Shown: one piece after another, positions 39,608 to 46,948 of the stretch
Position numbering within the stretch: position 1 is the first letter of the stretch
How the letters are laid out: each line of letters begins with the position of its first letter
IMG/VR virus record: IMGVR_UViG_3300037067_008519
Coordinates: 1-64,000 of that record
Strand: one strand, 5' to 3'
DNA length: 64,000 bases
From: a virus
Lineage: Duplodnaviria > Caudoviricetes
Notes under the pieces: generated by a model
What the model was told of the DNA's origin: nothing
What the model saw: the letters and a program-made list of their open reading frames with translations, nothing else
The model's database searches: none
Translations under genes and position numbers: made by a program

Positions 39608-40735
39608 TTGGATAAGAAATTAGAAAAGAATTTAGATGACACTCTTCCTGATGAAAACCGCTCCGAAGCTTCTACCTCAGACGAAAAAGATTTAATGCTT
39701 TTAGCTCTTGAATCCAACAATTTTTCTTTTGATGAAATTAGACAAAAAGTTTCTGTTGTTTTAAAGGAAAAATTTGGAAGTAACATGAATGATGAACTTT
39801 CTTATGTTTGGATAGTAGATATGTATGATGATTATTGTATCTACGAAAAAGGTCTTGAGGATTATTTTAAAGTATCTTATGTGTTAGAAGATTCTGGAGA
39901 AGTTACTTTAGGGGATTCAAAGGAAGTTATTAGAGAGATAGTTTATAGACCGGTTAGTGCGGAAGCTGCAAAGAGAAAGCCAAAACCTAAAGGTAAATGG
40001 GAAGATATACCAGCTCAGTTGATGGGAGATCCAAAAAATAATGCTTTTCCTCTAGATACAGAATCCCGTGCGAATGCTGCGATTAGATATTTAGTTAAAT
40101 ATTTTAATAATCCTTCTGATAAGGGAGTTACTGCCGGATATAGTGAAGCTGATTTTAAGAAAGTGCACAATAAAATTGTTAAAGTTATGAAAAACAAATA
40201 CCACATAGAGCACGGTGGTTGTGATATTTGCCAAAAAAATAGAAAGGGGGCCGCATCATTGGACGAGAATAAAGAAGAGAAGACTAAGGCTGAGGAGCCG
40301 AAGGTTGATGATAGTGTAATTGCTTCTTTAACTGAAGAGATTAAATCTTTGAAAGATGCTAAGGCTAGTGATGAAGCTACGATTAAAGAATTAACTGAAA
40401 AGGTTGCTACTTATGCCGCAAAAGAAAAGTTGGATACTCGTAAAGCTACATTAGCTAGTAAGGGTGTTGAGATTTCTGAAGAGAAGATGGAAGCTCTGGC
40501 TAATCTAGAAGATAGTGCATTTGATCTTTTTGTGGAACTTATGCCTGAGAAGGCTGAGGCTTCCGAGGAAGAAGAGAAAAATGAGAAAGAGACGGATAAG
40601 ACAGAGGCTTCTAAGAAAGAAGAAGAGTCTGAGAAAAAGCTTACTCCTGAAGAGGTAGCACAAGCTAAGGCTTCGATTAATTTGGAGAATACGGAAAAAT
40701 CTCTAGTCGAAAAATTTATTGAGATGCAGAGATAG
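39608..40735 (+). CDS. Putative head scaffolding protein
   Basis: Acidic E/K coiled-coil C-half; FPLDTESRANAAIRY domain; position between protease and capsid. Confidence 0.65.
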   Translation: MDKKLEKNLDDTLPDENRSEASTSDEKDLMLLALESNNFSFDEIRQKVSVVLKEKFGSNMNDELSYVWIVDMYDDYCIYEKGLEDYFKVSYVLEDSGEVTLGDSKEVIREIVYRPVSAEAAKRKPKPKGKWEDIPAQLMGDPKNNAFPLDTESRANAAIRYLVKYFNNPSDKGVTAGYSEADFKKVHNKIVKVMKNKYHIEHGGCDICQKNRKGAASLDENKEEKTKAEEPKVDDSVIASLTEEIKSLKDAKASDEATIKELTEKVATYAAKEKLDTRKATLASKGVEISEEKMEALANLEDSAFDLFVELMPEKAEASEEEEKNEKETDKTEASKKEEESEKKLTPEEVAQAKASINLENTEKSLVEKFIEMQR

Positions 40736-40773
40736 ACATTTAAAAGAAATAAAAAAGGAGGTTTATATTTTAG

Positions 40774-41223
40774 ATGAGTGTTAATAGTCCAAACTTGTTT
40801 GTTGGTACATATGAACCCCATGAAATAGTCATCTTCTATAAGGCTGGCGAAGTCATGGAAGAGATGATGCTAGTTAAGATGGATTCTGATGGGAAACTAA
40901 AGAAAGCTATTACGGGTGAAACCCCGTTTGGTTTTGTTACCCAGGATGTGACTTTAACTGGTATTACTGACCAGACCGCTATTAATGGGTTGATTAGTCG
41001 TGTAGCAGCGGTTAATGCGTATGTGGGTCTTTACATGGGAACTGGTGTTCTCAAAACTGATAAATACTATGAGACGAGTGGTTCAATTGCCGCCGGTGAC
41101 CTTCTGTATCCTCACGCTTCTGGTGGGTATATCTGCAATTCGCAGCAAGGTTCCGATTCTCCGGTAGGTGTCGCTGATGCCGCCGCTTCTGGTGGAGTTA
41201 TTAGGTTTAAGAGCTTAGTTTAA
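40774..41223 (+). CDS. Head decoration/cement protein
   Basis: 149 aa directly before the capsid gene; PFGFVTQDV, TDKY, GDLLY. Confidence 0.65.
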   Translation: MSVNSPNLFVGTYEPHEIVIFYKAGEVMEEMMLVKMDSDGKLKKAITGETPFGFVTQDVTLTGITDQTAINGLISRVAAVNAYVGLYMGTGVLKTDKYYETSGSIAAGDLLYPHASGGYICNSQQGSDSPVGVADAAASGGVIRFKSLV

Positions 41224-41258
41224 ATAAAAATATATAATTGATGGGAGGTAAAAATTTA

Positions 41259-42152
41259 GTGGATAATGAGAAAATGAGTAATGAAGAAAAAGCTGAACTC
41301 TTTCGTCAGACTATGGCGAGTGATGAAGCACGTAAGGCGTATGCTCAGTCTTGGGCAACCCTTATTTTAGAGCAACTTCCCGCTGAATCTACAGTTAGGA
41401 GTATTTATACGGTAGAAGATTTGCCGGTTGGTGGAGCTTCCACTTATCAGAAAGATTTTCCGTATGTTGATGCTTGGATTATGCCCGCTTTGGGTTCATT
41501 TCCTCAGAACTTACTGCACAGTGAAGAGGTTACTATTGTAACTTTTGAGATTGTTGGTAATGTTGAGTATCGAATTACTCTTGCTAGGGATGGTCGTTTT
41601 GATGTTGCTGGTAGGGCGCGTCAGCGTTTGATGGATTCTTTTGTTGATGCAGAGGAGGACAATGGTTGGCCCGTAATCAAGGCTGCTATTACTTCCGATA
41701 CTACCGTTACGGCTAGTGATTTTAATACCGGTACTGAAACTGGTCTTACCAAAGCCGTTCTTAATGCCGTTTGGGTTAAGATGGAAGAGCGTAGAGATTA
41801 TAAGGTTACTGGTATTTTTGTTCCTGCTGCCCGTAAGGGTGAGGTACGTATGTGGGAAGCCACTACGATTGACCCCGTAACTCAGCGTGAGATTTTCGTG
41901 GGTGCTGGTCTTGAGGGTCTGTGGAATGCGGAACTCCGTTTGACTCATCGTATTGATGATAATGAGGGTTATGCATTTGATGGTCGTCCTGGTCTGCTTG
42001 GCTATATGCCAATTAGAGAGGCATTGAGTACCTTTGATGATGTTACTGCTCCGTTGCGTAGGCGCTATGGCGTATGTGGGGTAGAAGAGGTCGGCTGGGG
42101 AATTCTAAACCCTGACAGAGAAATCAAGATTGATTTCGATGATATAAGTTAG
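41259..42152 (+). CDS. Major capsid protein (HK97 fold)
   Basis: About 300 aa; strong codon bias; FEIV, GRFDV, GYMPIR, EEVGWGILN; GGGAGGT RBS places the start at GTG 41259. Confidence 0.8.
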   Translation: MDNEKMSNEEKAELFRQTMASDEARKAYAQSWATLILEQLPAESTVRSIYTVEDLPVGGASTYQKDFPYVDAWIMPALGSFPQNLLHSEEVTIVTFEIVGNVEYRITLARDGRFDVAGRARQRLMDSFVDAEEDNGWPVIKAAITSDTTVTASDFNTGTETGLTKAVLNAVWVKMEERRDYKVTGIFVPAARKGEVRMWEATTIDPVTQREIFVGAGLEGLWNAELRLTHRIDDNEGYAFDGRPGLLGYMPIREALSTFDDVTAPLRRRYGVCGVEEVGWGILNPDREIKIDFDDIS

Positions 42153-42166
42153 TATAATGTAAAATA

Positions 42167-42193
42167 GTGAGGGAAATGATTTCCCTCACACCA
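42167..42193 (+). other. Stem-loop + ACCA element 1
   Basis: GTGAGGGAAA-TGA-TTTCCCTCAC-ACCA. Confidence 0.6.
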
Positions 42194-42211
42194 GATTTAA
42201 AGGAAAAGTAA

Positions 42212-43033
42212 ATGTATAAAAGAACATGTCCTAATTGTAACAAAGAATTTAATACGAGCGATTATAGGCAAAAATATTGCAACCCAAAATGTTACCATGA
42301 ATCGCAGCGAGAAATAGATAGGACAAAGGTAAAGGAATTATTTGACCAAGGAAAACTGGCTTCTGAAATAGCAGACATTTTAGGGTGTACTGCAAATGGC
42401 ATTAGAAGAGTGTTTGAAGCTATGGGAATAGAGTCTAAAGGAAGGTCATATGCATTACACAAGTCGCGGGGTAATTTTAAAGAATTTTCTAAGGAAGAAT
42501 TGGCAGCTTTGGATGGACATTTACTAGGAGATGGTTGTTTAGCAAGAAGTAACGGGTTTTCATCTAAATTTTCTTCTAGTTTAAAATATCAAGAACATTG
42601 TCAATATATGATGGATGGGGTAGGTTTTGAAGGAAGATTTAATTATGATAAGAAACAAAGTTTACATATAATTACTTCCTTAGCTTATGCAAATCTTCTA
42701 CCACAACGGGAAAGGTGGTATCCAGAGGGAAACAAAATAGTCCCAAAGGATATTAAGTTGACACCAGATTTAGTCAGAAGATGGTTTATAGATGATGGAT
42801 GCCATTCAATTAGGAAGAGAGCTAGTAATAGTTTAATGTTTTGTACATGTAATTTTACTATTGAAGATGTTAATTTTCTTTCTGAAATGTTAAAAGAATT
42901 AGGATTTAAAGCCAATACAAGAATAGAAACAGGATATCCGGTTATAAGATTTTCTACTAAATCTATCTCAGATTTCTTTGATTATATTGGACCACCTCCA
43001 ATAGAATGTTATTCATATAAATGGCCCAAATAG
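42212..43033 (+). CDS. LAGLIDADG homing endonuclease with N-terminal zinc finger and HTH
   Basis: GHLLGDGC, WYPEGNKIVP, WFIDDG, CTCNFT, YKW. Confidence 0.88.
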   Translation: MYKRTCPNCNKEFNTSDYRQKYCNPKCYHESQREIDRTKVKELFDQGKLASEIADILGCTANGIRRVFEAMGIESKGRSYALHKSRGNFKEFSKEELAALDGHLLGDGCLARSNGFSSKFSSSLKYQEHCQYMMDGVGFEGRFNYDKKQSLHIITSLAYANLLPQRERWYPEGNKIVPKDIKLTPDLVRRWFIDDGCHSIRKRASNSLMFCTCNFTIEDVNFLSEMLKELGFKANTRIETGYPVIRFSTKSISDFFDYIGPPPIECYSYKWPK

Positions 43034-43056
43034 CAGGGGAATAATCCCCTGCACCA
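43033..43056 (+). other. Stem-loop + ACCA element 2
   Basis: GCAGGGGA-ATAA-TCCCCTGC-ACCA, immediately followed by ATG 43057. Confidence 0.6.
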
Positions 43057-43395
43057 ATGGGAGAGAAATTAGAAATTTACCAAAACGATTCTGAGATTTA
43101 TACCGGTACTGTGACCTCAGATGGAGAACCTGTGCTATTGTCAGGGGCATCTATCACGTTTTCTGTCAAAGAAAATATAGACAGTTCTGGTTATTTAATA
43201 CAAAAGAAAAGTGATGATATTTCTGAGATAGACATTTTTGCCCCCTCAAGCGGTAATTTTTATATTTATTTAAATCCAGAAGACACTGAGCTAGAGCCAG
43301 GATTTTATCCCTATGATATAGAGATTATCTTAGCAAGCGGATTTAAAAAGACAATTGAGATGGATTTTTTAGAAATTAAAAAGGATGTTACATAA
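43057..43395 (+). CDS. Ig-like (BppU N-like) virion protein
   Basis: IYQND, LSGASITFSVK, LNPEDT, YPYDIEI. Confidence 0.6.
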   Translation: MGEKLEIYQNDSEIYTGTVTSDGEPVLLSGASITFSVKENIDSSGYLIQKKSDDISEIDIFAPSSGNFYIYLNPEDTELEPGFYPYDIEIILASGFKKTIEMDFLEIKKDVT

Positions 43396-44102
43396 TGACT
43401 CCATTATCAACATATTTAAATCGACTTCGTTCAATGACATTTGATATGGGAGATTTAGAAGAAGAAGAGTTTTTTGGTGATGGTAGCAGACGTGATTTTT
43501 TTCTGTTGTTTAATAATGTAGATGTTGGGTCTGAGACGGTTTACTTAGATGATGATACTACTACAGACTATACTCTAGATGGAACAACAGGGAGACTAAG
43601 ATTAGGAACTGCTCCCGCTGATGGTGTTGTAATACGTATAATTTACGTGTCTTATATTGTTGATGAAACAACACTTATTGAATATTTTGAAACCGCGATA
43701 GAATTAAGTAACCCGATGATTGGAACATCTTTTTTGATTACAGGTACAGCTCCGGCAAGTTATGTTTCTGCCGAGCCGACAGCACTTCAAAAACATCTTT
43801 GGTTTTTGATTTTTCTCAGAGAACTAAAAAGAGATGGGATTTGGCAAAAAATAGAGGAAGCAGTTTCTTGGAGAACTCAAGATATTTCTGTTAGTAAAAC
43901 TTCTCAAATACAAAGTGCTCAAGTGGCAAAAGTTAATTTAGATAAAGAAATAAAAGACTTCGTTTTTAGAATTAACAAACAGAACATTACTGGAAAGATT
44001 TTATCGGGTGGGTATGAACCTCTTCCAGCGGGGTCGGTTGGCGGGGAAGTTTTGGACTTTATGCCCAATTTATACATTATTGATGAGAGAAATCATGAGT
44101 AG
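43395..44102 (+). CDS. Putative head-tail adaptor
   Basis: Position after capsid; GDGSRRDF...DYTLD...APADG insertion domain. Confidence 0.55.
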   Translation: MTPLSTYLNRLRSMTFDMGDLEEEEFFGDGSRRDFFLLFNNVDVGSETVYLDDDTTTDYTLDGTTGRLRLGTAPADGVVIRIIYVSYIVDETTLIEYFETAIELSNPMIGTSFLITGTAPASYVSAEPTALQKHLWFLIFLRELKRDGIWQKIEEAVSWRTQDISVSKTSQIQSAQVAKVNLDKEIKDFVFRINKQNITGKILSGGYEPLPAGSVGGEVLDFMPNLYIIDERNHE

Positions 44103-44532
44103 ACTTCTATTAACTAAAGATGTGATAGAATTACAAAAACTATTAGGAAAGAAAACATCTGTGCAAGTTTTTTTAAATCTTTCTTCTGATTGTCCCGATT
44201 GCACATCGGATAAGATTTCAGGTCAAAGCACAAACGCTAAATGTCCCACTTGTAAAGGACAAGGAAAACTCTTTACAGAGAAGAGAGTAAAGCTTCCATC
44301 TTTTATTCAGTATAATAAGGAAAATGAAACTCTACTTAGTGGAGGGATAAACGAAGAAACTAGCGTTCAACTTTATATAGATTATAGAACGGTAATGAAT
44401 TTTAACAGATTTTTGAATGGTAGAGCCAGAGTTTACATTGATAATGTTTTATATGAAATAGTTGATAAGGTGAAGACGGGGATATATTCTATGGATATGA
44501 TTATATTTGATTGTCAGAAAGTAGAGAAATAG
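44095..44532 (+). CDS. Putative head-closure/stopper protein
   Basis: CPDC...CPTCKGQG, IDNVLYEI; position between adaptor and gp10-like gene; start adjusted to ATG 44095. Confidence 0.6.
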   Translation: MSRLLLTKDVIELQKLLGKKTSVQVFLNLSSDCPDCTSDKISGQSTNAKCPTCKGQGKLFTEKRVKLPSFIQYNKENETLLSGGINEETSVQLYIDYRTVMNFNRFLNGRARVYIDNVLYEIVDKVKTGIYSMDMIIFDCQKVEK

Positions 44533-45639
44533 AGAAAATTATTTAAAAATATAATAAATAGGCAATTAAAACTCAAACTTAATAAAACCCAAGAACAAAC
44601 TTTAGAACAGTGGTTATGGCACCTTACCGCAGTTTATAACTGGGCCATTAGAAAAATAGAGTTGGATGCTAATGATAAAATTTACTATAGTGCATATGAT
44701 TTTAATAATATTCTTGCTAATCATAGTAAAAAAATTGGAATACCATCCCACGTTATACACGGAATATTAATGCAGGGATATACAGCTTGGAAAAGATATT
44801 TTAAGAAGGTTTCAGGAAAACCTAGATTAAAAGGCAACAGGAATAAATTAAACTCTGTCCCTTTTCCAGACCCATTTAAATCTCCAGAAGATAATAAGAT
44901 AGGTATATTGGGTCTTGGAAAAGTTAGATTCCACAAACAAGATATACCAGAGGGTAAAATTAAATGTGGCAGGATTATTAAAAAGGCTTCAGGATGGTAT
45001 TTACAATTAACTATTGATGTTAAGAATAAGTTTTCTGTAAAAGAAACAACTGAGACAATTGGTATAGACCCCGGATTCAAGACCCTTTTAACTTTATCCA
45101 ACGGCATCAAAATTGATAATCCTAGAGAGTTGCGAAAAGGTGAGAAAAGGATTGCTCAGGCACAACGAGGCAGGAACAAAAAATTAACAGCTAGATTACA
45201 GGAAAAACAAGCTAACAGGAGAAAAGACAGAAATCATAAAATAAGTAGAAGCCTAATAGAAGATTACCAAACCATATTTTATTCAAATGATAATTTTAAG
45301 AACCTAGCTAAGATTAACGGAAAATCAGTTTCCGAAGCTAGTTTAGGACAATTAATCAGGATGATAACCTACAAAGGCAGTATGTGCGGTAGGGACGTTA
45401 TCCCGGTTGATTCAAGATTTACCACCATGACCTGTTCTGTTTGTGGTAGCCTCACGGGGCCACACGGACGGGATGGGCTTGCAGTAAGGCATTGGGAATG
45501 TTCAGCTTGTGGGGCTGACCACGACAGAGATATAAACTCTGCCAAGGTAGTTCTTAATGCTGGGGTGGGGGCCACCCTCAAGGATTCAGAGATGAATCAA
45601 TTAACCGGAATTTCTATTACAAATGATAGAAAGGTTCAA
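44482..45639 (+). mobile_element. Transposase-less TnpB cassette carrying a diverged replacement 3' end for its target gene
   Basis: Right end GAAT-hairpin-TTCAA ends at 45639; 44482-44532 is a diverged copy of 45640-45690; left boundary uncertain (44482 or 44467). Confidence 0.7.
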
Positions 45640-45690
45640 ATTTATTCTTTAGATATGATGATTTATACTTGCCAAAAGGTTGAAATATGA
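44551..45690 (+). CDS. tnpB: TnpB-family RNA-guided nuclease
   Basis: N-terminal NRQLKLKL...VYNWA lies upstream of the ORF-track start (ATA at 44551); RuvC-I GIDPG; zinc finger CSVCG...WECSACG; RuvC-III HDRDINSA. Confidence 0.9.
   Translation: MINRQLKLKLNKTQEQTLEQWLWHLTAVYNWAIRKIELDANDKIYYSAYDFNNILANHSKKIGIPSHVIHGILMQGYTAWKRYFKKVSGKPRLKGNRNKLNSVPFPDPFKSPEDNKIGILGLGKVRFHKQDIPEGKIKCGRIIKKASGWYLQLTIDVKNKFSVKETTETIGIDPGFKTLLTLSNGIKIDNPRELRKGEKRIAQAQRGRNKKLTARLQEKQANRRKDRNHKISRSLIEDYQTIFYSNDNFKNLAKINGKSVSEASLGQLIRMITYKGSMCGRDVIPVDSRFTTMTCSVCGSLTGPHGRDGLAVRHWECSACGADHDRDINSAKVVLNAGVGATLKDSEMNQLTGISITNDRKVQIYSLDMMIYTCQKVEI
45560..45659 (+). ncRNA. Predicted omega-RNA (3' scaffold plus 20-nt guide); 5' end unknown
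   Basis: Three hairpins (GGGGTGG/CCACCCT; GATTCA-GAGA-TGAATC; TTTCTATT/GATAGAAA), then GGTTCAA and guide ATTTATTCTTTAGATATGAT. Confidence 0.65.
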
Positions 45691-46361
45691 GGGATTTAGA
45701 AGGATTTTTACGGGATGAGTATCCTAAGAGATATACCAAGATAGTTAGACAAAGAGTTGATAAAGCTGCCGTTGAAACTGGTAAAGAATTAAAAGAATTA
45801 ATTCAGGATAATTTTAGTGAAGCAGACGCTATGTTTAGGGAACATCAAGCAGGTTTAACCGGCAGGGCTGAGTTTTTTTGGAATCCTGCTGAATTAATGA
45901 AGGGTGGTTCTAGACCAGGAGGGCACAGAGTAAGTATTTCTCATCCAGATTCTAATGGTTTTGAAGTTAGATATTTTGATAGTGTTTGGTTGGATGACCC
46001 CGCAACGCAAAGATATCGTGACCCTATAGTATTACGAATTGGAAGAAGTATGATAACAATTAGAGGAAGAGGAACCCTTGGTCCTAAAGATAATCCTTAT
46101 TTCTACTGGAGATTTTTAGAATATGGAACTGTGACTCCCCCTCAACATGTAATGGTTCGAGTGAATAATAAAGGAACAGATTATTATTTTATGGCTAGTA
46201 TAAATACGCGAAGAGGACAATGGCTTTCTTCTTTAGGGGATGTAGTTCCGGTACAGCCCTTTCCCGCAAAGCATCCAGTAGGGCGGGTTATAAATGATAA
46301 GGAAAGAATACATAATATTTATTTAGGCAACATGCGTAGGTTTGGTGGATTAAGTGGATAG
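45687..46361 (+). CDS. HK97 gp10-like neck/tail completion protein
   Basis: YFYWRFLEYGT motif; position. Confidence 0.65.
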   Translation: MRDLEGFLRDEYPKRYTKIVRQRVDKAAVETGKELKELIQDNFSEADAMFREHQAGLTGRAEFFWNPAELMKGGSRPGGHRVSISHPDSNGFEVRYFDSVWLDDPATQRYRDPIVLRIGRSMITIRGRGTLGPKDNPYFYWRFLEYGTVTPPQHVMVRVNNKGTDYYFMASINTRRGQWLSSLGDVVPVQPFPAKHPVGRVINDKERIHNIYLGNMRRFGGLSG

Positions 46362-46914
46362 AGATACAAAAGTTATGGAGTCAGTTATTTTTCACGTAAA
46401 AAGCGGTTTACATCGAGAAGGATGTAATACCATTGATGATGATTATCAAGATAATCTCTACCGAGTAGAAATTCCTTATTATGTGAAAGTTATAAAAGGT
46501 TGGCCTTCTAATCCCGATGATATCTTTCTTCCTACTGTTGCAGTTACAGAATCAGATGATGATGAAATCCCTCTCCAAATTGGGGGGGGGAAATATAACA
46601 GGAAATTAGGATATATAGAAATTTTTACTGAAAAAGACAATGATAGGGATTTTTTGAAAACAATGATAAGAGATTATTTAAGAGACTACTCAACTTATGT
46701 GAGAAATTATGAAGAGGCAACCCCTTTGTACTTAGCTGTAGGAGTACCGGAGGATTTTATTCTTACAGAATATTGGCCTAGTGGAATGGCTACAGCAGAA
46801 TCAGAGTTATGGTTTGAGGATGTTAGGTCAACCGTAATCCCACCCATGAATACTGTCGGGGAAGTAGATAATCACCGTGCTCAAGTCTCTTTTACGGCAG
46901 TTTCATTGAGATAA
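46354..46914 (+). CDS. Putative tail terminator
   Basis: LPTVAV, PLQIGG, IEIF...DRD; precedes tail tube. Confidence 0.6.
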   Translation: MDRDTKVMESVIFHVKSGLHREGCNTIDDDYQDNLYRVEIPYYVKVIKGWPSNPDDIFLPTVAVTESDDDEIPLQIGGGKYNRKLGYIEIFTEKDNDRDFLKTMIRDYLRDYSTYVRNYEEATPLYLAVGVPEDFILTEYWPSGMATAESELWFEDVRSTVIPPMNTVGEVDNHRAQVSFTAVSLR

Positions 46915-46948
46915 AAAAAAGAAAATTGAAAGGAGGACTTATTAGATA

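Noticed and set aside
42060-42152. Recoded capsid 3' end supplied by the LAGLIDADG cassette
   Set aside because: The last codons look slightly less biased, but no second copy exists downstream and the signal is too weak to support by eye.
44482-45639. IStron or group I intron explanation for the TnpB insertion
   Set aside because: Only about 70 nt precede the tnpB frame, leaving no room for an intron core; the element ends in A, not G; the upstream gene is already complete with its own stop.
44482-45690. Ordinary target-site duplication
   Set aside because: The copies differ at 16 of 51 nt with many synonymous changes, and IS200/IS605 elements do not make target duplications.
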